A DNA stretch of 64,000 bases from a virus. This document shows positions 47,528 to 59,883 of the stretch, piece after piece. The stretch lies in the IMG/VR virus record IMGVR_UViG_3300045988_015843, one strand, 5' to 3'. Position 1 is the stretch's first letter, and each line of letters begins with the position of its first letter. The notes beneath the pieces are model-generated. The model was given only the letters and a program-made list of their open reading frames with translations. It searched no databases and had not been told where the DNA came from. The position numbers and the translations under genes were made by a program.

Positions 47528-49594
47528 ATGATTGATTTTAATAAGAAAATAGTTAACTCAGATAAGTTTAGACAAGCTGCTTTATTCTTCGAAAAGAACG
47601 GATGTTATACGTTTGCTCCAGAAGGTACGACAGACTACTTCAATTATTGGAAACAAGAACAACAAAGATGTTTAAATGGATACACAGCTCCTGATGGAGA
47701 TTAGATAACTGGGTATCATTACTTTTATCTCAACTATAGTCCTATTATGAAGCTTGTTGAAACAGAATACACAGATCGTAATGGAACTAAGAGAACTAGA
47801 CGAGAGCGTTTGTTTAGATTTCCTGATTTTTGGGATTACGATTGGTTCTATTATAATGCTATAGAACAGGCTGAAGATGAAGGTAAACATATGGTTGTAC
47901 TTAAAGCTCGTGCTCGTGGATACTCATTCAAAGGTGCGTCTATGTTATGTAGAAACTATTTTCTTATTCCAAAATCAAAGAATTTTGCTGTTGCATCGGA
48001 ACAAAAGTTTCTAACAGGTGATGGTTTGTTAACAAAAGCTTGGCAAATCATGGACTTCTTAGATAAGCACTCTGGATGGGCTAAACGAAGATTGAGAGCA
48101 ACTTCTTTAGAACGTACATCTGGATTTAAGGTTAAAGATGAGATAACAGGTAAAGAGGTTGAAGATGGTTATCTATCTAGCGTAACAGGTATAACACTTA
48201 AGAATGATCCAGAACGTATTCGTGGTACTCGTGGTAGATTGTTCTTATGGGAGGAGTCTGGTAAATTTCCAGACATTAAACAAGCTTGGCAAATAGCAAG
48301 ACCTTCTGTAGAAACAGATGACGGTGTTGCGTTCGGATTGATGATTGCATTTGGTACTGGCGGATCTGAGGGTGCAAACTTTGAAGGTTTGTCAGATATG
48401 TTTTATCATCCAGAAGGCTTTAATTGTTTAGACTTCGATAATATTTGGGATGAGGGTATGGCTGATAAGAAGTGTGGATTCTTTGTTCCAGCATGGTCTA
48501 ATCTGCAATCAGATGAACATCCTGAATGTATGGATTCTGATGGTAATACGAATAGATCTGCATCTGTATAGGTAATATTAGAACAAAGAAGAATCGTAAG
48601 AGATAGTCAGCCTGATGAAACTGTAACAGATAGATATATTGCAGAGCACCCCAACACACCTTAGGAAGCAATTCTTGAGGTTGGTAAAAACATATTTCCA
48701 AAAAAGCAATTACAAATGCAGCTTAACAAACTAAGGACGAACACGAAATTAGCTAATATGAAACATGTTGTTGACTTGGTTTGGGAAGGGGATGGTACTG
48801 TAAAAGCCATTGAAAAGAAGGGTGGTGATATAACACACTACCCACTAAAGAAAGGAGAGTAGCCAACAGGATCTGTTGTTATATACGAATATCCTGTTAA
48901 AGATCCTCCTTACGGATTATACATAGCTGGTCAGGACCCTTATGATCAAGATGGTTCTCTTACAAATTCATTAGGATCTACGTTTATATATAAACGATTC
49001 TAGCCAGGAGAAGCTTGGTCAGATGTGATAGTTGCTGAATATAGTGGAAGACCTGATACAGCTGAAGAATATTATGAGAATGTTCGTAAGCTATTGACTA
49101 TGTATAATGCGAAATTATTGTTCGAGAATGAACGTAAAGGTATATACCCGTACTTTACAAATAAGCATTGTGATTATATGCTAGCAGACCAACCAGATAA
49201 GGTTATAAGTGAAATATTCAAAGACTCTAAAGTACAACGTAAGAAAGGTTGTCATATGACAAAACAAATTAGATCATATGCAGAGGGTCTTATAAAAGAA
49301 TGGTTACTTGAAGAATATGAACCGGGTCATCCAAATCTCGAACGTATATATAGTGAGCCATTGATAGAAGAGTTGTTGTTAGATGATGGTGTACGAAATG
49401 TAGACCGTGTAATAGCTCTATGTATGGTCATGCTATATAGAGAAGAATTATATCAAGTAAAGATTGCAGCAGCAAAAGAGTAGAATAAACAAATAGATTT
49501 CTTTGAAACGCCATTGTTTAGTAACCAATGGTTTGACGAAGATAGTTCGTACGATAATTAGTACGACAATAACATTCCGACATTTACGTTTTAA
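47528..49594 (+). CDS. terL: terminase large subunit (7 in-frame TAG)
   Basis: ATG 47528. Track pieces 47747-48571 and 49025-49483 are in the same frame. TAG occurs at 47700, 48569, 48662, 48860, 49001, 49481 and 49559. ATPase-like VLKARARGYSFKG and LFLWEESGKF. Directly precedes the portal. Confidence 0.8.
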
Positions 49595-49596
49595 CA

Positions 49597-52500
49597 ATGA
49601 TAAGAGTAGAAGATAATTTATATAATGCGAACTTTCCGCAACAGAAACTACCTCTAAAGAAAAAAGATGAGTAGTGGTAGCATGACTGCGTGAATTACAT
49701 TATCGGAGAAGGTAATGTTGTATCTGGCGGAATGTAGAAGACTCGGTTTAGCGAACTTCAAACATATTACGATCTATATAATAGTATCTTTGATGAAAAG
49801 GACTTTAAACGTATAACCAACCCGTTTAAAGTATCAGACGGATTTCCTGCTACACCACAAGACTTCAACATAATTAGGCCTAAGGTAGACCTCCTTATAG
49901 GTGAAGAGACAAAGAGGCCGTTTAATTTCAGAGTTGTACGTACATCACAGGAGGCAACATCTGACTTAATGGATTAGGAGAAAGAAATGCTAATCCAATA
50001 TATGATGAGTGCTATTATGGGCAGAATGAGTCCTGAAGAGCAACAATAGTTCCAACAACAACTTTAGAGTGGTGAGATAATGCCGCCTGAAGAGATTGGA
50101 AAGTATATGCGTAGGGATTACAAAGATGTTATAGAAAACACAGCCTATCATTCTCTGATGTATATACGCGAGAAGTGTGGTATAGATAACGAGTTTATCA
50201 AAGGTTGGAAAGACGGTTTGATAGCGGGACAAGAGGTATACTATGTTGGTGTACAAAATGGAGATCCTTACATGGAACGTGTGAATCCTGTATATTTTTC
50301 ATTCGATCAGTCACCAGACCTTGAGTTTATAGAAGATGCGTCATGGTGTTGTAGAAAAATGAGACTCCCTGTAGCTGAAGTATACGACAGATATCATGAT
50401 AAGTTGTCTGAGAAAGATTTAGACAAATTAAACGAGATGTTAACAGGTCGTCCATCAAATGATCTTGGAGAAAAAGACCCTGTTGATAATTTCAATCATA
50501 TACAAATGCATATATACGATAATCCTGTTTTTGATCAGAAGACAAGACATAACATTAATGTATGGCATTGTTGTTGGAAATCGTTTAAGAAGATTAAGTA
50601 TGTTACGTTTCAAGATGAAAACGGAGATGCTTAGATTGAAATCGTAGACGAATTCTATAAACCTGTTGGAACAGAGATAGGTATTGATGAGGATTGGATT
50701 GTTGAAGTATGGGAAGGATATAGAGCCGGATCAGATTTGTATTTTGGTATACAACCGGTTGCTTATCAACATATAAGCATTGATCAACCAGATAGTCAGA
50801 AGTTACCTTATTGTGGTGCTATATATAGTAACACTAACAGTAAGCCAAGATCCCTTGTAAGCATCCTCAAGCCTTTGCAGTATATGTACATTGTATTGTG
50901 GTATAGACTTGAATTAGCAATAGCTAGGGATAAAGGTAAGGTTATCAATATGGATATTACGTAGATACCTAAATCTATGAATATTACACCAGATCGATGG
51001 ATGCATTATTTATCAAGCGTTGGTGTAAACTTCATAAATCCTTATGAGTGCTTTGATCCAGATACAGAGGTGTTGATGTACGACAGATCTGTTCGTAAGA
51101 TTAAAGATATTCATATTGGTGATAAGGTACTTGGTCCAGATGGAACTCCACGTACTGTATTGGATGAGTGTGAGGGTATCGACAAGATGTATAGAATACA
51201 CAGTGGCACAGGATGTGATGATTAGATTGTAAACAGTAGACATAAAATTTATTATACTGAATATAATCACTTTAAAAAAACATACACTGACAAGTTGGCA
51301 ACTCCATTGGAGTTGATGAAAGAGGATCTACATAAGTCGTATATAAAACAAAATCGATATTTGAAACGAGTACATCCTACTGACAATAATGTTTCTTCAA
51401 ATTTACTATTAGATCCGTATTATCTTGGATTATGGTTGGGCGATGGTTTTACAAACAGTCCTGCAATAATAAACGAAGATATAGAGGTGATTAAGTGGTT
51501 GTCAGAATATGCCGAGTCTAATGGTATGACAACAACAATCCTTTCTGATAAAAACGTTCCTGTTATATATCTTAAAAATAAGGTGTATAATCATAAGAAC
51601 CCAATAAAAGACACACTTCAATATTATGGAATCTTAAATCAAAAAGATATCCCAGATGATTACCTACATGGTAGTGTTGAAGATAAACTACAGTTAATGG
51701 CAGGTCTTATTGATACTGATGGGCATTTTTCAAAGCGTGATCGCATTTATACATTTAGCCAATGTGAATCTAGAAAACATATTGTAGACAAACTTGCTTT
51801 TATAGCAAGATCTTTAGGATTTAAATGTAGTCTACACATGTACAAAACCGCTGGTACAAAACACATATGTGGTAATAAGAGCACATGTCAAAATACATAC
51901 ACGTTACGAATAATTGATGGATTGTACGATATTCCATGTAAAATTGCTCGTAAGAAACATCATTGGGTTCAAAAGCGTACAAAACGAAGTTTGACAAATT
52001 TCAAGGTTTCGTACAGCCATATTGGAAAATACAAAGGTATCACTACAGATGGAGATCACTTCTTTGTGTTAAAAGACTTTACAGTAGTACATAACTGTCA
52101 ATGGGGTATTCCTGGCAGAGAGGGTGGTAAACCAGCTACGTTTAATCAAATAACATCACTTGATCTTACGATGAGTAATGTTATTGCGGAGTATATTCAA
52201 CTCATGGATAAGATTGAACAATTAGCTGGAACAATCACTGGTATCACAGAGCAACGTCAAGGAGCTATTAGCACATCAGAACTTGTTGGAAACGTAGAAC
52301 GATCTGTATTACAATCATCTCATATCACAGAACCCTTGTTCTGGGTACACAACCAATGTAAGAAGCACGTGTTAACAATGCTTCTTAATACAGCAAAAGG
52401 TGTCTGGGAAGAGTCTGGTAAGAAAAAGCTTCAATACGTATTTGATAATGGAGAAAGAGCATTCTTAGCAATAACAAAACAATTCTATTATGAAGATATG

Positions 52501-53130
52501 GATGTATTCGTTAGTGACACATCTAAGGATGCTGAGAACATAGCAAAACTTCAACAGCTTATTCAACCTGCAATGCAAAATGGAGCAAGCTTGTTAGAAG
52601 CAGCAGAGGTTCTTACGAATGATAACTTTAACATTATCAAACAGAAGCTTAAAGATATGCAAGATCGTCAAGATCAACTTTAGCAGCAGCAACAAGAGGC
52701 TCAGCAGCAACAAGCAATGCAACTTCAGCAGATGCAGAATGAGGCTAAAGAGCAAGAACTCATGCTTAAGGAAGCTGAAATGGATCTTCAGAGGTATAAG
52801 ATTGATGCTGATAATCAAACCAAGATTGCTGTGGCTGAAATTAGCACATATAGAGGTACTGAGGATAAGGATATCAATATGAATGGTATTCCAGATCCGA
52901 TGGAGATAGCTAAGGATGCTACACAGCAACGTAAGATAGATTCAGAAGCATATACTAAGCGTTATGAAGCTCGTCAGAAAAAGGAGATTGAAGATAAGAA
53001 GATCAGTCTTGCTAAAGAACAGATGAAACATGAAAGTGAACTTTAGAAGTAGAAAGACGACGCTGCTATGTAGAGAGAAGAGCTTAAGGCTAAGACCGCA
53101 TTGAAAAACAAAGTAGCTGGTGAACGATGA
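49597..53130 (+). CDS. portal protein interrupted by an intein (13 in-frame TAG)
   Basis: A single frame runs from ATG 49597 to TGA 53128-53130, linking track ORFs 50080, 50737, 50977, 51295 and 52717. About 828 codons remain without the intein. Position is immediately after TerL. Confidence 0.75.
51049..52095 (+). mobile_element. Intein with LAGLIDADG homing endonuclease (349 codons, 1 in-frame TAG)
   Basis: Begins NPYE|CFDPDTEVLM and ends FTVVHN|CQWG. Block B-like VNSRHKI. LAGLIDADG motifs YYLGLWLGDGF and LMAGLIDTDGHF. Confidence 0.85.
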
Positions 53131-53330
53131 ATAAGGATTATATAAAACCTTCTGAACTTCTACAAAGACAACGACAAACAGGTGAGTCTTATTGGGACAT
53201 GGTTGGAAAACCGTTGACTAATAAGACTCAGTCTGATCGTCAGTTAGATTCAGAGCTTGCTAAGATAGAATATCTAGCTAACAAGTGGAAGGAAGAAGCT
53301 GAAGCAGATTTGTAGGACTATGATTATTAA
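53127..53330 (+). CDS. small hypothetical protein
   Basis: ATGA overlap with the portal stop. TAG 53313 is followed by 4 codons and TAA. Confidence 0.5.
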
Positions 53331-54033
53331 TTACTTACCAGAATATAGAAAAGGCAAATCTAAAGTAAACCAAACATCTAAATAGTTTGTTGATAAAATG
53401 GGACCTCTGGTTTATGACAAGATGCATCAAATGGGTATCTACTCAGATAGAACGTTTGATTATCTCATGCGTCAATTAGCATTTGAGTCAGCAAACGGAA
53501 CATCGAATGTTGCGAGAAAATATAACAACTACGGTGGTGTTCGTGTACCAGGAAAGACACAATATCAATCATATAAAAACGATTAGGCATTTGTTGATTA
53601 CTGGCTCCCTATGATGAATCGTAAATATGCAAAAGCATTGAAGGCTCGTAATATTGATGAGTATGGCGCAGCATTGAAGAGTCTTGGTTATTATGAAGCT
53701 CCTGTGTTACAATATACATCAGGTTTAAAGAGTTCTACAAGCGTTGGATCTGCTGCTGCAGCTTATGCTACAAGTAGAAACAAGGCTAATAAACCAATGC
53801 CTATGCAGACATAGCCTGTATTAAAACCTGTAATAAATCTAATGCCTGATTATATGAAAAATCAGACGCCTATTTGGCAACCAACATCTGATATTCAAGA
53901 TGTCCCTGTACAGCAGGAACCTACACAACAGACATTATAGTTTACTTTACCTCCAATAGAGAATCTATATGCAAAATTGGTTAACGATCAGCCATGGATT
54001 CCTGGAGAAGTTCCAATGAATGGATTATTATAA
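53320..54033 (+). CDS. glucosaminidase/FlgJ-like peptidoglycan hydrolase (4 in-frame TAG)
   Basis: One frame runs from ATG 53320 through TAG 53383, 53584, 53812 and 53938 to TAA 54031. QLAFESANGTSNVARKYNNYGGVR resembles the ESgwG...NNlFGi glucosaminidase motif. Confidence 0.5.
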
Positions 54034-54073
54034 ACAGTTATATTGAACTGAAATCAATAACATAAATATATTT

Positions 54074-55234
54074 ATGGCAGAAAAACAAACAAAAGAGACA
54101 GCATCATTGAATGATGTGTTGAGCATCTTCAGTGAACCTGACACTGCGTCAGGACGTACTAATATGGATACTAGAGTACTGGATGCTGATAGTAAGAATG
54201 CACAAGACCCTGTGTCTTAGGATGGCAATAACGCGGATGATAATTCAGATATTCCGCAGGATGTGATGGATCGTATGAACGGAAAGTCAGACGATACATC
54301 ATCGCAAGATAATATACCTAGTGGCAACAATGTTCCAGCGGGCGACATTAATACTAATAACAATGACAATGAGCCTTCAGCAGAGGATGTTGCTGAAGCA
54401 GAACAGGTCACAGCGCTATTTGACGCCATTGTTGAATCACTTGGTTATAATCCAAACGATATCGACGGAGATAGAAAGCCTTTAACAGTTGATGATCTTA
54501 CGACATCTCTTGGTAATATTGTAAAAGAGAATAGTAAGCCTCAGTACGCTGATGAACGAATTGCTAAGCTTGACGATTATGTTAAGAACGGTGGTAAGTT
54601 TGAGGATTTCTATGGAGTACAGCGTGATTCGTTGAATCTTGATGATATTGATTTGGATGATGAGAGTAATCAAAAAAGAGTGGTCAGAGAGCTTCTTAAG
54701 CTCGATGGTTATTCTGATGATCGCATCAATAAGAGAATTGAACGATTTGAAGATGCTGATATGTTGTACGATGAAGCAGAGGATGCAGTTGATCGTCTTA
54801 AGGAGATTAAGAAACAACAGGCCGAGCAGCTTCAGAAAGAGCAAGAGGCTTATCGTCAACAGCAGGAGTAGGACGCTCAAAAGTTTTTCACAGACGTTAG
54901 AACTCAGATTGATAGTTTGAGTACTATTAGAGGCGTAGCTGTTCCTAAAGAAGATCGTAAAGCGTTGTTCGATTATATCTTCAGACAAGATGCCAATGGA
55001 GTAACTCAATATCAAAAAGACTTTAGTAAAAACTTGTCTAAGAATCTTATTGAATCAGCTTATTTCACAATGAAAGGTGATTCTCTCATCAATGAAGCAC
55101 AGCGGGATGGACAAACATCCGCAGCGCAGAAACTTAGAAATATGTTAAGAGATAGTTCTCGTAATCATAGCAGTAGAACTATCGATGATGGTAAACAACC
55201 TCAGGCATGGGATATTGCGTCAAAGTTCCTATGA
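54074..55234 (+). CDS. acidic coiled-coil protein, scaffold candidate (2 in-frame TAG)
   Basis: ATG 54074, with TAG at 54218 and 54869 joining 54263-54871 and 54917-55234. Lies immediately upstream of the MCP. Confidence 0.5.
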
Positions 55235-55259
55235 TGAGAAAGATTATTAATAAAATTTT

Positions 55260-56783
55260 ATGAATAACGGTTTGTTAAACAACCTTCAGCTTTATCGCGG
55301 ACGTCGTTTCAGCGATCTTGTTGATGAGAATATGATTTCTAACGCATTGCTGACTAAGCCTCATGAGGTATCTGGTCTGCTTTCACTTGTCTTTGGTACC
55401 AAGGATGATGGTGTTTCTACAGCAATCGACTTGATTACCGGTGGTCTTGGTAAAACAATGATCATTGAGAATCGTGAGTATGAGTGGTCTGTTATGATTG
55501 ACGCTGATCACGCAGTAAATATTCGTTGGGCTAAGGCTAATGGTCAGGAGATTACTTCAGCTAATTTCGCTGATGCAACTGCTGGTCTTAACGGTGCTCC
55601 GATTTATATCGCACTTGAAGAGAAGTTCTTCGGTCCTGGTGCTATTCTTTCTTTTGACAACTATAATTTCCAGGTTCGTGTAAGCGGTCAGCCTTACCAG
55701 GACGGTAGTGCTTGGGTATACGAGTGCTATGTTGTCGATGGTTTCTCTGGTTCTTACATTCCTGGTGAGTACTTGCTTCCTGGTCGTCAGGTTAGCCGCA
55801 TGGCTTCTGCATACGAGGAGTACAGTGATGAGGAGGATATCATCAACTATCAGACCCCGTTTAAGATGCGTAATAACCTCATGACGCTTCGTCTTGGTTA
55901 TGACATCACGGGTGATGCTTATAGCACGGTATTGGCTATTGCATTGAAGGATCCTGAGACTGGTAAGACATCTTATCTGTGGTCTGATTATCAGTATTGG
56001 CTCGCTCTTCGTGAGTGGAAGAGACGCGAGGAGAAGGCTCTTCTGTTTGGTAAGTCTAATCGTAACTCTGATGGTACGTATAACCTCAAGGGTTCTAATG
56101 GTCGTCCTGTTGCCGTATCAGCTGGTCTGTTCGAGCAGGTTGCTCCGGCTAATGTACGTTATTACACGACTCTCACCGCTGAGTTGCTTGAGGATTATCT
56201 GTTTGATCTTTGCTACAATATGCTTGGTACTCAGGAGCGTAAGTTTATGGCTCTTACTGGAGAGATGGGTATCAGAGAGTTCGATCGTATTTTGAAGGAG
56301 AAGGTTGCTTCTTTCAATATGATTGATACGCACTTTGTAACTGGTTCTGGTCAGGATCTCGTTCTTGGTGGTCAGTTCACAACCTACAAGATGACTAACG
56401 GCATTGAGCTTACGCTTAAGCGTTGTGCAATGTTTGATAACATGGAGCTGTTCCGTCAGTTGCACCCGCTCACGGGTAAACCTCTGATGTCTTACACGTT
56501 CCTGTTTGTTGATCTTGGTAACCGTGATGGTCAGCCGAACATCGTTAAGGTTTGCCGTAAGGGTCGTGAGTTCGTACAGTGGTGCACTGGTGGTTCTGTA
56601 GTTCCTAGTGGCTATGCTAACAGCATCAATACGCTTCGTTCTAATAGCCGTGATGGTTATCAGGTTCACTTCCTCGGTGAGGAGGGCATTATGCTCCGTA
56701 ACCCGCTGTCTTGCGGTATCCTGTATTGCGATGCTGAGGATTCTGAGCACACGAACAACGGTGGTATCAAGAAAGGTGCCTAA
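55260..56783 (+). CDS. major capsid protein candidate
   Basis: 507-aa TAG-free ORF with distinct GC3-rich codon usage, downstream of portal and scaffold, and followed by a cluster of strong hairpins. Confidence 0.65.
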   Translation: MNNGLLNNLQLYRGRRFSDLVDENMISNALLTKPHEVSGLLSLVFGTKDDGVSTAIDLITGGLGKTMIIENREYEWSVMIDADHAVNIRWAKANGQEITSANFADATAGLNGAPIYIALEEKFFGPGAILSFDNYNFQVRVSGQPYQDGSAWVYECYVVDGFSGSYIPGEYLLPGRQVSRMASAYEEYSDEEDIINYQTPFKMRNNLMTLRLGYDITGDAYSTVLAIALKDPETGKTSYLWSDYQYWLALREWKRREEKALLFGKSNRNSDGTYNLKGSNGRPVAVSAGLFEQVAPANVRYYTTLTAELLEDYLFDLCYNMLGTQERKFMALTGEMGIREFDRILKEKVASFNMIDTHFVTGSGQDLVLGGQFTTYKMTNGIELTLKRCAMFDNMELFRQLHPLTGKPLMSYTFLFVDLGNRDGQPNIVKVCRKGREFVQWCTGGSVVPSGYANSINTLRSNSRDGYQVHFLGEEGIMLRNPLSCGILYCDAEDSEHTNNGGIKKGA

Positions 56784-56790
56784 GAAATAA

Positions 56791-56910
56791 CAAGCCTCGA
56801 TCTCGGCTTGATTTCAACCTAACGGTTGAAATAACAAGCCTCGGGGCTCGTAATAAATGTATATATAAAAAACCGCTCGCATCTAGATAAGATGCTCGCG
56901 GTTTCTTATA
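56791..56910 (+). terminator. Cluster of terminator-like hairpins after the MCP
   Basis: CAAGCC-TCGATCTC-GGCTTG, TTTCAACC-TAAC-GGTTGAAA, AGCC-TCGG-GGCT, and AAACCGC..GCATC-TAGATAA-GATGC..GCGGTTT followed by CTTATATAT. Confidence 0.6.
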
Positions 56911-56947
56911 TATAATTTATTATAGGTGACAACACTAATTTAATATT

Positions 56948-57700
56948 ATGGTAGTTGAATTAAAAATTAAAAAGAAAAATCCCTGGGCTGGACTGTTAAA
57001 GTATAAGCATTGTTTTGATTACATTGCCCCTTATTACACTAGATCCGGGTCGATATATACAGGATTGACTCCTGAAGATGAAAAATATTTTGAGGAAGCT
57101 ATGGGCCTTCCTGAAGGTAAGTTGTCTAAGACAAGTGATTATTGGACAACGTTTTGTGTAAAGGTTGGTGCTAGAGGATTGCTCCTTGATGATCAGTTCC
57201 CGACACAGGCTATGCAAATTAAATTTCTAAGTAATCACAAGCGTGTTGCAACGTCTCTTGATAAGCTGACTGCTGGTAAGGATTATTTGCTAATCAATAG
57301 TGAGGCAGAGGCTGAGCAGAAGAATAAGGCTAATAAAGTACGTAGAGAAGCTATTAAAGCGTATGACACTATGTCTATGGATGACATGCGCAAGTGTCTT
57401 AGATTATTTGGTGTTCGTTCAGACAATATGTCTAACCAACTTATAGAATCAACAATGTTCGATATTGTTGACAAAAAGAGCGATCAGTACTTGACCAAAT
57501 GGGTTAATAATAAGAAGAAGGATACCGAGTTTATCATTGAAGAGGCTGTGGCCAAGGGTGTACTTCGTAAGGAGCGTACACAATATTATTATGGTACTGA
57601 GATGATTGCCGACTCACTTTCAGACGCTGTTGCATATCTTGATAACAAGAAGAACCAAGACCTAAAGCTTTCTATTATAAACGAGATTAAGAATAAGTAA
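56948..57700 (+). CDS. hypothetical virion protein
   Basis: 250-aa TAG-free ORF. Confidence 0.6.
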   Translation: MVVELKIKKKNPWAGLLKYKHCFDYIAPYYTRSGSIYTGLTPEDEKYFEEAMGLPEGKLSKTSDYWTTFCVKVGARGLLLDDQFPTQAMQIKFLSNHKRVATSLDKLTAGKDYLLINSEAEAEQKNKANKVRREAIKAYDTMSMDDMRKCLRLFGVRSDNMSNQLIESTMFDIVDKKSDQYLTKWVNNKKKDTEFIIEEAVAKGVLRKERTQYYYGTEMIADSLSDAVAYLDNKKNQDLKLSIINEIKNK

Positions 57701-57718
57701 TCTTAATACACGACAAAT

Positions 57719-58390
57719 ATGACGTATAAGGACATACATAAAAAATACATGATTGAATATGACAAAGAGAATGTTACTTCGTCATATCCGTCGCTAACAA
57801 CATACGAGATTGCTACTATATTAGATAAAGCTTATCTTGCACTTATTGCTCAAAAGTTAACTGGAAATCAACAAAGAGTTCCTTTTGAAGGAGACATTAA
57901 AGCCATAGAGGATGTTAGGAATCTCATAGCGTCTAAGAAAATTAGTAAGAGTAATACTACTTTACCAATAGATAACGCTGTGATATACAAGTTGTCTGAC
58001 ATCTTATACTTCTTAACTGCATTAGTACTGATTGATGGAAAACTTGTAACAACAAATCTTGTTAACCATGAGATTGCTAAGAATTTCATGCATACTGCGA
58101 CAAATAGACCGTGGATAAAGAACAGTGTTTGTTATATAGAAGGAGATAATCTAATTGTTTTATACGATGATTATTCTCATAAAAATGTCGGGGATCTACA
58201 ACTTACGTATATCAAATAGCCAGATAAGTTTGTAGATCATATAATCGGAAAAACATTTGATGACACTCAATTTGCATTGAATGATACTATGGTTGAAGAG
58301 CTAATAAGTCTTGCTATTATAATGTCTTTAGAGACTGTTGAATCTCCAAGATTACAAACAAAGTTGAACACTAAAGCACTAGAGTCATGA
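57719..58390 (+). CDS. hypothetical virion protein (1 in-frame TAG)
   Basis: The frame continues through TAG 58217 to TGA 58388-58390, which overlaps the next ATG (ATGA). Confidence 0.6.
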
Positions 58391-59121
58391 CGAAGAAACA
58401 AACGAGAATGCTTGGAATAGAGTTCGAACGCAGGCTCTAGACAATGGACCCAACCCTTATTTAGATTAACAAGATTGATACTGATGATATATATGCTTAT
58501 CTCAATGAGTATCAACAACTTTATGTAAAATAGTTGTATACAGCTGAAGATCAGGTCCCTATAGGTACTAATACGTCGATACGAATATCCGATCAGTTAA
58601 AACCGCTATTGTCCAATAAGATTCTAACAAAATCATCTATCACAGATACCACTTATGATGGAAGGTATATAATGTATAACTTACCCGATGATTATTATAT
58701 GTATGTCAGATCTACATCGTCTGCTGATATCGCGTATAACAATAAAAGTGGTTATAGTATTCCGAACGTATTGATTGATCAAAATAACGTACATAAAGTT
58801 ATAGAATCTGCGTACGACACGAATAAGATTATTAGAAACCCAATAGTAGTTTTATCAACGTCAGATGATAAACCTGTGTTACAGCTTATACATGACGTAT
58901 ATACCAATATTATAAAGGTTAGTCTTACATATATTAAACAGCCAAATAGGTTCGGAATAGATGACGATGACGATGCTTGCGAATTACCTATAGATTGTTT
59001 TGAGGATCTTGTTTCTGGTGCTGTTAATCTATATCTCACATATAAATATCCTGGATCTAATAGAAAATAGGATAATGATAAGAAAGATGAACGAAAGGAG
59101 GAAGTGAATGAGAAACATTGA
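58387..59121 (+). CDS. hypothetical virion protein (4 in-frame TAG)
   Basis: From ATG 58387, TAG at 58438, 58462, 58531 and 59068 join to track ORF 58534-59070. Ends at TGA 59119. Confidence 0.55.
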
Positions 59122-59812
59122 TATATTGATCGGTTTTGAACGTGAAATCAATAAGTTGAACAATAGTTTGGATAAACCGACAACAGATGATTCTTTGTAT
59201 TGGCTTAATCAAGCTGTTTCTAAATTCGTAAAAACAAGATTCAATGGAAATCTTCCACACCTTACATCTTACGAACAGACAGAGAAAAGATCGAAAGATC
59301 TGATTAACTTGTTGGTTGATAAAGAACTTCCTGTTGAACAAGATATTCATGGTATACGACCTGATTATGTAACTTATCATGTACAATATCCTGATGATTT
59401 CATGTTTGCATTAAACGAAGATGTTATGATATCAGATTTGTCTGGAGATCATAAAACAATGACTTCTGTGTTTGAATGCACAGCTGATAGTTTCATGTAT
59501 CGTGTAACAAACTCGTTAACAGATTTCCATTATCGTCATTATAAGGCAAGACCTTTAAGAGTACGTACAATGGTTGATGGATCATAGGGTTGTGATTTGT
59601 TAACTGACGGTAAGTATAAAATATTGAAATATAGATTAGGCTATCTACGTAATCCTAATAAAATATCTTTGGAAAAACCGCTTGGTGAGTATTCAGAGTT
59701 TCCAGAGATAATAATGCCTGAGATCATTAAAACTGCTGCTCAGATGTATATAGAAAATAAATCAGATCAGCGATATCAGACATTAACTAATGAAGTGAAT
59801 ACTCAAGAATAA
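59108..59812 (+). CDS. hypothetical virion protein (1 in-frame TAG)
   Basis: 59108-59587 and 59597-59812 are in the same frame through TAG 59585. Confidence 0.6.
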
Positions 59813-59883
59813 TTTTAACGTGGAAACCCCAGCTAGTTAGGTCTAGTATTATTATTTAGGGGGAGTAGAAGAAATTAAATAAT

